From the human T2T-CHM13v2.0 reference genome, Homo sapiens: a stretch of 64,000 nt of DNA. Every line of letters starts with the position of its first letter. Within the stretch, counting starts at the first letter, position 1. Below the pieces are notes generated by a model that saw nothing but the letters and a program-made list of their open reading frames with translations, made no database searches and was not told where the DNA came from. Made by a program: the position numbers and the translations under genes. The stretch is taken from NCBI RefSeq assembly GCF_009914755.1, contig NC_060939.1; one strand, written 5' to 3'. Shown in pieces: positions 19,461 through 35,664 of this stretch.

Positions 19461-20369
19461 TTGTTACCTTGCACAGTGACTGTTAAGAGTTTCCAGAACT
19501 ATGATAAATCTATTAATGCTACTTGCTCAGCTTTACTTAAAGCCTTTTAGGTAAGTCCCTCAAATATACCAGATCAAGTCAAGTTCCCTATGGGGAACGT
19601 CAGAACAAACAAAACTGTAAATACCCGCAAATCTATAGACCAAGAACACATCATGGGTGATGCTAATAGAGGAGGCTAACCAGGCATATTAATAGTTTGA
19701 CTTACCCAGACTAAATGTTTTAGAACTTTAAGCCTCATATTTTAGATCCCTAGGGTAGAGCAAAACTCAATTCAGTCTTTTCCTTATAATTTATGCATCA
19801 AGTCTACATATTGAGTATTAAAAAATGGGAGCGAGAGAGGGTTATCACCAAATAATAACACAACAACAATGTTATCAACAAATGGCAAAACTCGACACGG
19901 TATCATATGTTGGCAATCAAAAGATCTCCTTGACCCAGTTTATCTTTGGCAAATATCTCTCTGTACGTGTCTCTCATAAACTATGACAAGGGCCAAGAGA
20001 TAATGACAGGCACAGTCAATCCTTCAGAAAACTACAAGTTTTAAGAACAAACAGGAAAATGGGCAATAACTATACCGCTGATATGAAGTATCCGATGTAA
20101 TTAATGATTGCCATCACATGTTCCCTATTAGCCTGACTTGCATCAGCACAAGGAAAAGTTCAGGGTCTAAGAGCTAATTGGGAAAAATATCACTAAGCTT
20201 TAGGGTCAGTTAATTAACAGTCAAGTCATATTTTTCATGGATTAAGTCAGGCTCTTCCTTTTGACCTCATTTAATTGCTGCTTTTAAAGACCACTGGAAC
20301 AGTACTCTTGCGTACATAAAACATATTGAGATTCATCTGTTCTCCTGAGGTGTGATGAGACAAGAACTT

Positions 20370-20900
20370 TAAAACACTGGGGTGGAAGTGTAAATTGGCA
20401 TAATCTTTGTGGAAAGCAATAGATATTGTGTATTATGTGGCAATACATATTACTGTGTAATAATACATGTGTGGCAATACATATTTAGTGGCATAGAAAT
20501 GGTGGTACTTTTACCATACTTATAAGGTTCTTCCTATGGAAATGTGGATAATGATTAACATATAAGTGTGTTTATCACAGCACTATTTATAACAGTAAAA
20601 ACGTGGAACCCTAAAGGCCAAAAATTAAAGAAGTCCTCAAATAAATTACAATTCATTGGCATATTACATAATACTAAAAAGGGAAAATACAGAAAATGAA
20701 TGACATAAGAACATCTTTATGATTTAAAGTTGAAGTTCATTGAAGCAGCATGTGAAAGTTTAAATATGCATTATATAAAAATATTTTTGCATACTTCTTA
20801 GACATACAGAAATGGAATACAGACATAGTAATTATTTCTGCATTGTAGATAATGGGTTCTGATTAATTTTGCCAATTTTCTTGGTTTTCCATGTTTCTTT
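20370..20900 (+). mobile_element. Old L1M 3' region fragment
   Basis: 'ggtggaagtgtaaattggcataatctttgtggaaagcaat' and 'tgtttatcacagcactatttataacag' are typical L1M 3' motifs. Confidence 0.6.
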
Positions 20901-22229
20901 TAATAATCTCCAAGTAATTATTTTATAAACAGAAACATAATACCACCTGTTCTTTAGCAAACAAAGTTGTAAGCCTTTCAGTTTCGTTTTTCTACCTCTT
21001 CAGTTTTTGGTCACTTTAGGAAAAAAATAAATCTGGTTGTAATTTCTGTTTTCTTATGAACCTAGTACTCATCAGGAAAAATGAGTTTAATTCTTATGAA
21101 CACATTTCATCGTAATTCTTGGGCTAGATATTGTTATAGCTTATGGTCCATTCCAGGGAGCAAATTTAGATGCTAAAACTTATGAATGTTTTGTTTTAAA
21201 ATTTCTTTGAATTAGAAATTAGAGAAGGTTTTTCTATTTTCATCATTTGATAGTATAAAATAAATAACTTTAATTGCTTGTAGCAAACAAAAATATTTAA
21301 TTTTGGATATAATATTTCATGTATTTTGTATGTAATATATTTTGAATAAAAATATACCTTAATTTTTATTTTCTTTATGAGAATAATAACAATTATAATT
21401 TTCTAAAATATAGAAAGAAAACATTTATCTTTTTGGTATCAATATTGAATCACTGTGATTCTTGTCTCCACTATGAAATATATGATATAATTTCTCAGCA
21501 AACATGATAACTAAAAGGCTAATAAAACTTTAATTTTCAAATAAGTGAAGGTGCAGCCAGGTTCAGCCATGAGGCTCTGAAATACTTTTTGCTTGTTAGG
21601 ATAAAATCAAATTGTCACAATCTGTCACCAATTCTACTGAGAAGCAAATACAACTACCTGTTGACAGATGGAGCTGTGCTGATAAAATCCATCACATAAA
21701 TATTTCTGCATATTTCTGAAGAAAAAAGATGTTGCCATTTTTAATAAGCATTTAAATAAGGGCAATTTGTCATTTCAAACAATAAAAGCATTTCTTTAAT
21801 AATGTAAATAAAGGGATATCTTGGCAAATACAAAATCACCTCCATCTGAGAGAACTAATTTATATTTAGAAAAGTACCTATATTTATTTCCACTTTTCAT
21901 AGTTAGCACTTAAATAGAGCCAAATATTTTAATGACCAATGACTATGATGTCCTTCTATTGAACATTTCCATTCCTCTTCCTAAAATGCAAATTATGTAT
22001 TGATTTTTAAGGGGCTGAATGCCTTAAAAATCTGTACTTAGTACAGTATTTTAAAACGTTGAAAGCACAACTTAATCAAAAATTGCCCACACAAAGAACT
22101 AACATTTATTAACTGATTTGACCTTAAGCTTATTAGCACTGCTGGCAATAATGAATCCATCTGCTAAGACAGCAATTCTTACATCTATACACAATTCCGA
22201 TTCATATTAATCCTGACAGAGTCATGTCT

Positions 22230-22385
22230 GTTTCAATGTGATCTTCAAAATCATCTGAGAGGGCTTGAATGCATTTAGATTTCTGGGCCCCACATTGTAG
22301 CTACTGAAGTAGAATCTCTGAAAGTGAAGCTCTGGGAATCAACTTTTCTCATGCCCCTCAGGCATGAGAAATTATATAGACATTA
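22230..22385. mobile_element. MER5-like hAT fragment
   Basis: 'agatttctgggccccac...actgaagtagaatctctg' core of MER5. Confidence 0.55.
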
Positions 22386-22499
22386 AGTTGAACAAAATAC
22401 AGTAGGCCGGTATTTGGATATGCTTTGTAAGAAATGAATAAACTGTAATTTTCAAATGACAGTAAATTATTTTAAGCCTACCTACCTATCTATGGTGAC

Positions 22500-23270
22500 T
22501 TTTTTTTAGAAGACTTTATTTTCTTAGAGCAGTTTTAGGTTCGCCACAAAACTGAGAGAAAGACACAGAGATTTCCCATATGTCCCTTGCCCTGATACAT
22601 GTATAGCCTCCTCCATTATCAACATCCCCATCCAAAGTGGTACATATATTACAATTGATGAACCTACATCGACATGTCATTATCACCCAAAGTCCATAGT
22701 TGCTATGGGGATTTAATCTAGGTGTTGTACAGGGGTGTGGCAAATGTATAGTGACATGTATCTACCATTAGAGTATCACACAGAGTATTTTCACTACCCT
22801 AGGAATCCTCTGTGCTTTACCTATTCATTCCTCCTTCCCCCTTCACCACTGGCAACCACTGATCTTTTTCCTGTCTCCATGGTTTTGCGTTTTTCAGAAT
22901 GTCATGTAGTTCAAATCATACAGTAAGTAGCCTTTTCAGATTGGCTTCTTTTACTCACTAATATACATTTAAGGTTCCTTTATGCCTTTTCATGACTTGA
23001 TAGCTCAAGCTTGTTAGCTTTCTTTTAGTGCTAAATAATAGTCCATTGTCCCCACCAGTTGACAATATACCCATGTAACCAAAAAGCACACGTAACCCCT
23101 GAATCTGAAATAAAATTTTGAAAAATAATAATTAAAATGTCCATTGTCTAGATGTACCACAGTTAATCCATTCATTCACTGAAGAACATCTTGGTTGCTT
23201 CCAAATTTTGGCAACTGTAAGGCTGCTATTAAACATTCATATGCAAGTTGTATGTAGATACATATTTACT
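22500..23270 (-). mobile_element. L1MC-type 3' end
   Basis: 'ttagagcagttttaggttc...acaattgatgaacctacatcgac...tatcacccaaagtccatag' is the reverse of the L1MC 3' terminus. Confidence 0.8.
23051..23138 (+). mobile_element. Tiny 5'-truncated L1PB/L1MA-type 3' end inserted in the L1MC
   Basis: 'caatatacccatgtaaccaaaaagcacacgtaacccctgaatctgaaataaaa' plus A-rich tail, flanked by direct repeat gtccattgtc (23041-23050 and 23139-23148). Confidence 0.75.
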
Positions 23271-24392
23271 TTTATTTTGACTATTTGTAACATCTATGGA
23301 TAAAATGTGTTTTCAATAATAATTTTACTACTACTAGTTCTAATTATCTAATAATAAGTTTTCAAATATCTTGAGATCTTGAGCTATAGAAACACAATAT
23401 GCCCCCCCTTCCATGGGCAGATGCATTTTCAGAAGATACCATGTTGGTAATGAATAAGATGCCTTTGGTGATTCTGAGACCACTCTTCCTCAAAAGAATT
23501 CCACAGACACTGGCTGGCCTCAGACATTCAACAGTGCTGAGGACACTTTTTTTCTGGCATAATATCTTTGTGATTGTGCCCATGTGCCATATTCATTAAG
23601 GCTATAAGATATTAGATATTAGAACAAGGAAGGGCTAGGAAAATATTAAGGATATGTGTTCTCTTGCATGGATGTGAATGGTTTTCTGGGCATGCAATCT
23701 CTCTATTCATTTTCCCATTTCCTCAAGATTATGCTAAATTGAGTAAACAAAAGTGAAAGGAAAGAATCACTCTCCCAAACACTCCAAAACTGAGAAAAAA
23801 ATTATTTTGAAGGTGATAGTGAAGAGGGTATTTTAGAAAACCAGTACATCTCTGTACGTTTGCATTCCTATGACTAATTTTAACTTAGAAGTTCCAATAT
23901 GCCAGGGCCAATCTTCATTGGTATGGTATTTAATCCTAACCACCTAAGGCAAGCATTTAATAGGTATGTTTCAGACCAGAATACCACTAAGCACTGTTTT
24001 GCACTATGACTTAACATTTCTTGTAGTTCAAAATCACTATTTTTCTATAGAAACTTGGGATATAACACATCTCTACATTCATAAAGTATATAAATGGTTT
24101 CTTCTCGCATACCACTCTTCAATTTTCCTTTGGAAAATCTGATGCTCATATTTTCATGCAAGCATTATTTACTTTTTGATTGAAAACACAAAGTCATTTC
24201 TATTTATGAACACTTTCTTGTAATAAAACCTGGCATTTCTCATCACTACAATTCGCAGTCTACTTTTATAAAATTTAATGCATGTCAAAAATGTGCATGG
24301 TCTGGAAAATAAAAAGACAAAGAAGGAAACTTCTATATATCAGTAAATGTCATAAATGGGCTTATCAAGGAAAGAATTCTAATAATCTAGAC

Positions 24393-24720
24393 CTAGCCTG
24401 TAGAATATGGTAGCTGTTAACAACATGTGGCTATTGAGCACTTGAAATGTTCAAATTATAATGAGCTATAAGTAAAAAATACACACACGACTTTGAAGAC
24501 ATGTAAAAATTGATAAAATACCACATTAACAACGTTTTGTATTGGTTACAAGATGAAATGATAATATTTTGGATAGGATGTTTAAATAAAATATGCTGTT
24601 AAATTGATTTCACTTGATTTTTGTGTTTTTAAAATTTTCTTACTTTTTTCATGACATGGTTACTAGAAAATTTAAAAATTATATATATGGCTCACAATCT
24701 ATTTCTATTGGAAAGGACTG
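24393..24720 (-). mobile_element. MER33 (hAT-Charlie)
   Basis: 'catgtggctattgagcacttgaaatgt...tactagaaaatttaaaaatt...atttctattgga'; degenerate 8-bp TSD atctagac/atccagat. Confidence 0.85.
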
Positions 24721-25499
24721 ATCCAGATTAATAAATGTACTGCCATTGTTCCATGTAGTAATTGGTATTGGGAATATTGGAGATTATTATATTGTTTGGT
24801 AGTGGGAGGGTTTCTATAGAAACTCTTCTATCAACTGGTTTTAGGTGGATTAGCTGGCCTAATTAAATCTAAGCTGTTAAAAGAGCCCCAGAGGAAGGAG
24901 GGGGAAGGAAATGGGACTCCAACAAGCTTTCCGAGTCCTCAAGTCACACACTCCTGGTTGACTGGTCTGCTTAGCCAAGCTAAAACTGGTCTTATTGTCA
25001 TGTTGGGCACATTAATTGGAAAGCAGATTAATTTGCAAGAATGAGTTAGTGCCCTTTAAAAGGTGATTTAAAATTCAAAATGATGGAAATGGAATAAAAG
25101 CATGCTTGTCTGATCATTCCTCAGAGTCCATCTTGAAATCCCTACCATTTTTCTATTTTCATTGTTAGAATTCAAGTACAGGATAAACTGTTTAAGAGAT
25201 TCCCAAACATTACGCTCTACACCTTAGCACCAATAATTACCCTTCTGTGAAAGACAGACGGGGAATTTTTGTCATCAGACACATGGGGATTATAAGTGAA
25301 AATAAAATCTGCAGGTTTAGTCAGTTTTCCACATATGCAAATGAAACATAAATATCACTGCAATACCATCAAATATATTTGTGACTGAATGGAGAGATTT
25401 TTGCCTTTAGTGAACTAGAAGCTTACAAGGAATTTGAGAAAGCATCATCACCTCTAATATAGCGCTACCACAGTCTAATATAAGACTAATATGAAGTTA

Positions 25500-26051
<552 letters not shown>

Positions 26052-26517
26052 TTAGGCAAGGCCTGGTAAATATGAATGATATAAAGGAAAAAATGGGTGT
26101 GACTCTACTATGGAAAACAGTGTATTTAAATAATGTATCCTTAATTTTGGAATTTACAGAATATGAACTTGGAGAGTTGTTCATTTTTTTAGGTATCATG
26201 CATATACTTCTCATTATATGGTATAACAAAACCACATCTTACTATCATTTGATAAAGCAATCTGTGTCAATTTTAATTCCATAACCTGAGATCTTTGGCC
26301 CAAAGGAGGTAATAACATAAGAGCAAGAGTTCCAAGTAATCATTTTTCGTTACTAATTTATCAGAAGTCCTCACACAAAATATATAAAAATGGCACAATC
26401 TTAGAAGAAAAAGCCTTAAGTACTAAGTGGGAGTTTTGTAAAAACGGAAGTAAGCTACAAGTTTACCAAAGCTAATTGATACCTTTCATGTAAATCTATT
26501 TATATCATAGCTTTAAG

Positions 26518-26748
26518 TGGCTAACATGGTGAAACCCTGTCTCTACTAAAAATGCAAACAATTAGCCAGGCGTGGTGGCAGGCACCTGTAGTCCCAGCTA
26601 CTCAGGAGGCTGAGGCAGGAGAATGGTGTGAACCCAGGAGGCAGAGCTTGCAGTGAGTCGAGGTAGCGCCACCGCACTCCAGCCTGGGCAACAGAGCAAG
26701 ACTCCGTCTCAAAAAAAAACTAAATAAATAAGATAAAAATAAATAAAT
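26518..26748 (+). mobile_element. 5'-truncated AluY-type element
   Basis: Begins at 'ggctaacatggtgaaaccc'; has the right monomer and an A-rich tail. Confidence 0.9.
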
Positions 26749-29206
26749 CAAATTCAGTACAACTTCTTAAATGTTGTCTTTAATAAAGAAAATTAAAAAC
26801 CAATCAAAGCCAAGTTATAAACAAACTAGATAAAATCCACACACTCAAAGTATGTACTGGCCTTAACATACCTGGATTCAAATCCAACAGGATGACTTTG
26901 TCTTTGGTCACTAGCTGTTAATATATTCTGTATCCTGTGACTATTCAGCTATAGCTTATTGAATGAAATAACAAATGGCTGAAAGAAGAAATGAATGGCT
27001 GAAAGGTGTACTAGTGTGTACATGTACTTACACTTGTTTTTCCACACAACATTGATAGTTGCAGGGCTCCAGCCACATGTTTGCACTGAACCTTCTCTAC
27101 AATAGGTTGCTGGCATTCAGCAAGTAGTACAAGAAGGGGCTAAGCATAAGAGCCTTCCTCTGTGCCAAACTGAGTTGTCATTTCAAAAATTAAACTCACA
27201 ATTCTGGCTTTATCAGCACTGTCAGTCTAAACAAACCAGAAAGACCCATTTCCCAAAGTAGAAAACCATCAGTATCAGAGAGAAAATTGACACTTCATAA
27301 TCCAAAGAGATAACATTGGGCCTAATAATGCTTCATCCCCGTACCCCTGTGTTTAGTTAACATGCCTTCTTCCCAGTTTGTCAGACATCAGACCATAATA
27401 CAGTGGCTTTGGACTCATAAATACCTGGCAATGTAGCTCAGAATATGAGCCATACAGCTGGCTTGATTTTATATATATTTAACAATTTTATTAAATATTG
27501 AATGTATATCAAAGAATATTTATAAAGTATATTTAAAAATTTATAAAACTCACACTCGGGCATTCCAGATGATGAATACAGAGTGAAATGTTCTTCCTCT
27601 TTTAGATCCATGAAGTACAGGAATTTGAGATTGAGCCAGAATGAAAGAATGCATCTGTTAAAGCAATAGTTGACCAACATGTCTGGCTACTTCTGGTTCA
27701 ATTTCTGCCTTAGTTCTGCTCAACACATGAAAAAGAATGGGTTGGAACAGAAAGTGGGCCCAATTTCACTATAAGTAAGCTATAACTACAGGGCACACAA
27801 TTTAGAATGTTGAATGCCACATCCTCCCTTACTTGTGTCATTCAACACATGGATTTTAGGCTTAGTAGCTGCAGGGGGGCTTTGCACTGTACTTGGTGCC
27901 CAGAAGCCTCAGTCTCATCCTAATCCATTCCTCTTCTGATTTCTGGCATGAAGAGGTAGGGAATAAGGAGAGGTAGACCACTCTCCAATAAAAAATTTGC
28001 ATGGTTTTTTTTTGTACAGAATCAGAATTATTCTACTATTACTTCCTACTTCAAAGCATTTCAGATTGATAGCAAGTTTTATCAATTTTTATTTACAGTG
28101 AAGTTTGTATTTTTGGAAAAATAAACATTAAAAAGGCAAAATTGGTGGCTTTATCCCTTTATTTATCATGCATATTAAATATACTCAATGCTTACTAGCC
28201 TTTGGGCACATTAACACATATGCCAGAGAGAAAGACAGACTCTGCCATTACAGTTTACACTTTGGTAGACAATAAAAAACCAAATCATAGTCATAGACCT
28301 CTCCTAGGAATTCTTTCTTACTTCTTTCTGTCCATCAGTATGTGAATTTCTATAATATTAGCTCTATAATATTAGCAGCAAGTTGTAGCTCCCTGAGAAG
28401 AAGGGCCCCTATTGTTCCTCCAGGTGGAGATGATGAGACGGGATCCTTCTGAGGAATATAATTCTGGAAGAGAAGTCAGTGACCCCAGGATACCTGACAC
28501 AGATAGCCTAGCTGTAGGTTGTATATGCCACATGCAAGGACACTTGCAAGTTTAACCAGTTTGCTGTTGAGGGCCAGGTTTGGGGAAAATGTGCCTTCTC
28601 AGAAAAAACTCTCCTGACTCTCTAATAATTTATTGAATCAAATATGCCATCAATTGTAAAATGCACTACCAAATTAAAAGCAGATAAATGGCAATTTTCT
28701 AAAACAAATATTAAAATGGAAAACTATAAATCGGACTAACTGAATTTTAGAGTTGAATATCTAGTCCTTTATATTATATTCTACAATAATTCAATTAATT
28801 TTACATATTGTAACCATTTCTGTATTTCTTTATTGCTTTTTCTATATGCCAAGATAAACAAGTATATATTTGGGAACTATAAAATATTTGAAAATGTGTT
28901 CTATATATACAATATTTTACAAATATGATCATATTTTAAAACTTTTTAAGCAATCCATAACCAGGTAAGTAGGTTAGTTTTCTTGATAATATTCCCAATT
29001 TGGCAAATATTATTGAATTTAAAAATAATATGAGGAAGAAGTAACAACATATTTTTCAGTATCCAGTTGGTGTCAAGCACCAACAAGTAAAAACTCTGTC
29101 TACAATGTTCTGAGTTTAAAGTAGTTCTGGAAATACATTGGTAAATAAGACAGAAATTATCTCTCCTTTAAAGGTCATGATCTTTTCTTAAAAGAAAAAT
29201 TTCAGT

Positions 29207-32200
29207 GGAGCCAAGATGGCCAACTAGGAGCAGTGGTGATTGCAGGCTCCCATCGATAAGATCCAAAACAACATGTGAATCCTGCACCGGCAACCGAGGT
29301 ATCCAGATTTTGTCATTAGAACTGACTAGGTGGCTGGCATGACTCATGGAGAGGAAGGAAGAGCAATGTGGTGCAGGCAGCCCACCTGAGAGCCACACGG
29401 GGCAGGGGAGCCCCCACACCCAGCCAAGGGAGTCGCTCTGAGAAATCTGGGCAGCCCAGATGAGTGGGTTCCCCAACCAGTGTAGCCCACGCCCTCCACC
29501 AAGGGAGAGCCAAAATGCCTCATTAAATGAGTCCTGCTTCCTGTGCCATCCAACTGGGTGAGAACCCACCAACAGGGGTTGTCAGACATCCTATACAGGA
29601 GCATTTCTACTGGCATCATGTTGGTGCCCTTTGAGGCCAGAGATCCCAAGGGAAGGAGCAGGCAGCCATCTTTGCTGTTCTCCAGCCTCCTCGAGTGACA
29701 ACTCTAGATGAGTAAGGCCTGAAGAGAATCTCCAGGAAACCACAGCAGCCCTACAGAAGAGGGATCTGACTACTGAAAGAAAAACAGAAAGCAACAACAA
29801 TAGCATCAACAACAAAAAAAGTCCCCATGAAAGCCTCATCAAAGGGTCAGCAGCCTGAAAGAGCAAAAGTAGACAAACCCATGAAGATGAGAAAGAATCA
29901 ACAACAACACACACAAAAACCATTGAAAACCCACAAGGCCAGAGTGCCTCTCCTCCTCTAAATGATCACAATACCTCTCCGGCAAGGGCACAGAACTGGA
30001 CAGAGGATGAGATGGATGAATTGACAGAAGGTCAATTCAGAAGGTGGGTAATAACAAACTGTGCTGAGATAAAGGAGCACGTTCTAACCCAGTGCAAAGA
30101 AGCTAAGAACCTTGATAAAAGGTTAGAGGAGCAGCTGTGAACTAAAATAACTAGTTTAGAGAGGAACATAAATGACCTGATGGAGCTGAAAAATGCAGCA
30201 TGAGAACTTTGTGAAGCATACACAAATATCAGTAGCTGAATTGATCAAGCAGAAGAAAAAATATCAGAGATGGAAGACTATATTGCTGAAATAAGGCAGG
30301 CAGACAAGATTAGAGAAAAAAGAATGAAAAGGTATGAACAAAACCTCCAAGAAATATGGGACTATGTAAAAAGACTGAACCTACAACTGATTGGAGTACC
30401 TGAAAGAGACGGAGAGAATGGAAACAATCTGGAAAATACACTTCAGGGTATTATCCAGGAGACTTCCCCAACCTAGCAAGACAGGCCAACATTCAAATTC
30501 AGGAAATACAGAGAACCCCAGTAAGGTACTCCATGAGAAGACCAACCCAAAGAAACATAATCATCAGGTTCTCCAAGGTCAAAATGAAGAAAAAAATGTT
30601 AAGGGCAGCCAGAGAGAAAGCCCACATCACCTACAAAGGGAAGCCCATCAGACTAATAGCAGATTTCTCAGCAGAAACCCTACAAGCCAGAAGAGAATGG
30701 GAGCCAATATTCAACATTCTTAAAAAAAAAAAAGAATTTTCAACCCAGAATTTCATATCCAGCCAAACTAAGCTTCACAAGTGAAGGAGAAATAAAATCC
30801 TTTTCAGACAAGCAAATCCTGAGGGAATTCATCACCAGCAGTCCTGCCTTACAAGAACTCCTGAAGGAAGCACTACATATGGAAAGGAAACACCAGTTCC
30901 AGCCACAGCAAAACATAGGAAAATATGAAGACCAATGACACTATGAAGAAATGGGATCAACTACTATGCAAAATAACCAGCTAGCATCATGACGTCAGGG
31001 TCAAATTCACACATAACAATATTAACCATATATGTAAATGGGCTAAATGCCCCCAATAACAGACACAGACTGGCCAATTGGATAAAGAGTCAAGAACCAT
31101 CAGTGTGCTGCATTCAAGAGACACATTTCATGTGTAAAAACACAGATAAACTCAAGATAAAGGGATGAAGGAAAATTTACAAAGCAAATGGAAAGCAGAA
31201 AAAATCAGGGGTTGCAATCCTAGTCTCTGACAAAGAGACTTTAAACCAACAAAGATCAAAACATACTACAAAGACGAGCATTACATAATGGTAAAGGGAT
31301 CCATGCAACAAGAAGAGCTAACTATCCTAAATATATGTGCACCCAATACAGGAACACCCAGGTTCATAAAACAAGTCCATAGAGACCTACAAAAAGACTT
31401 GGACTTCCACACAATAATAGTGGGAGACTTTAACACCCTACTGTTAATATTAAACAGATGAATGAGACAGAAAATTAACAAGAATATTCAGGACTTGAAC
31501 TCAGCTCTGGATCAAGTTTACCTAATAGATATCCACATCACTTTCTACCCCAAAACAACAGAATATACATTCTTCTCAGTGCCACATGGCACTTACTGTA
31601 AAATAGACCACATATTTGGAAGTAAAACACTCATCAGCAAATGCAAAAGAACTGAAATCAAAGAAACAGTCTCTCAGACCACAGTGCAATCAAATTAGAA
31701 CTCAGGATTAAGAAACACTCAAAACCACACAACTACATGAAAATTTAACAACCTGCTCCTGAATGACTCCTAGGTAAATAATGAAATTAAGACAGAAATC
31801 AAGAAGTTCTCTGAAACCAATGAGAACAAAGAGACAACATACCAGAATCTCTGGGATGCAGCCAAAGCAGTGTTAAGAGGGAAATTTATAGCACTAAATG
31901 CCCACATCAGAAAGCTAGAAAGATCACAAATCAACACCCTAACATCACAATTAAAAAAAAAAAAACTAGAGAAGCAAGAGCAAACAATTCCAAAAGCAGG
32001 CATAAGACAAGAAATAACTAAAACCAGAGTGGAACTGAAGGAGATAGACACGAAAAAATCCTTCAAAAATCAATAAATCCAGGAGCTGTTTTTTTTTAAA
32101 AATTAATAAAAAAAAGACTACTGTTTAGAATCATAAAGAAGAAAAGAGAGAAGAATCAAATAGATAAATAAAAAATGATAAAGGGGATATCACCACTGAC

Positions 32201-32740
32201 CCCACAGAAAAAGAAACCACCACCAGAGAATACTATAAACACCTCTATGCAAATAAACTAGAAAATCTAGAAGAAATGGATAAATTCCTGGACACATACA
32301 ACCTCCCCAGACTAAATCAGGAAGAAGTCAAATCCCTGTATAGACCAATAACAAGTTCTGAAATTGAGGCAGTAATGAAAAGCCTATCAACCAAAAAAGC
32401 CCAGGACCAGGCAGATTCACAGCCAAATTCTATCAGAGGCACAAAAAGGAGCTGGCACCATTCTTTCAGAAGCTATTCCAAACAATTGAAAAGGAAAGAC
32501 TCCGCCCTAACTCATTTTATGGGGCCAGCATCATCCTAATACCAAAACCTGGCAGAGACACAACAACAAAAAAGAAAACTTCAGGCCAATACACTTGATG
32601 AACATTGATGCAAAAATCCTCAATAAAATACTGGCAAACCAAATCCAGTAGCACATCAAAAAGCTTATCCACCACAATCAAGTCAGCTTCATCTTTGGGA
32701 TGCAAGGCTGGTTCAACATATGCAAATCAATAAACATAAT
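29207..32740 (+). mobile_element. L1PA8/PA10-age LINE-1, 5' portion (5' UTR, ORF1, first part of ORF2) up to the inversion breakpoint
   Basis: Starts 'ggagccaagatggccaactag'; ORF1 fragments at 30270-30784; ORF2 endonuclease start near 30988; ends abruptly at 'caaatcaataaacataat'. Confidence 0.9.
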
Positions 32741-33445
32741 CTCACACCAATCTGAATGGCTACTATTAAAATAATATTAGTTATAGGCAGGGCTATGGAG
32801 AATAGGGAATACTTATACACTCTTGGTGGGAATGTAAATTAGTTTGGCCACTGTGGAAAGCAGTTCAGAGATTTCTCAAAGAAATTAAAACAACTACCAT
32901 TCAACCCAGCAATCCCATTATTGCAATATATACCCAAAAGAAAACAAATTATTCTACCAAAAGATACCTGCACTCACATGTTCATCACAGCATTCTTCAC
33001 AATAGCAAAGGCATGGAATCAACCCAGGTGCCCCTCAATGGTGGATCAAATAAAGAAAACGGGGTACATATACACTGTGGAATCCTAAGCAGCCATAAAA
33101 AAGTATGAAATTATGTCTTTTACAGTAACATGGATGGATCTGGAGGCCATGATCCCTAGCAAATTAATGCAGGAACAGAAAACCAAATACCACATATTCT
33201 CACTTATAAGTGGGAACTAAAAGTTGGGTACTTATGGACACACACATGACAACTGGAGACACTGAGGACAACTAGAGCAGGGAAAATAAAGGGGTCATGG
33301 GTTGAAAAACTGCCTATTGGATACCATGCTAACTACCTGGGTGATGAGACTCATACCCTAAACCTCAGCATCACAGGGTATAGCCATGTAAAAAAACCTG
33401 CACATGTATCCCCTGTATCTAAAATAAAACTTGAATTTTAAAAAA
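32741..33445 (+). mobile_element. 3' end of an older L1 (L1PA15/16-like), displaced and inverted relative to its body at 35665-38075
   Basis: 'ctcacaccaatctgaatggctactatt...aacctcagcatcac...cctgcacatgtatcccctgtatctaaaataaaa' is an older-type L1 3' end. Confidence 0.85.
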
Positions 33446-33449
33446 TATT

Positions 33450-35664
<2,215 letters not shown>

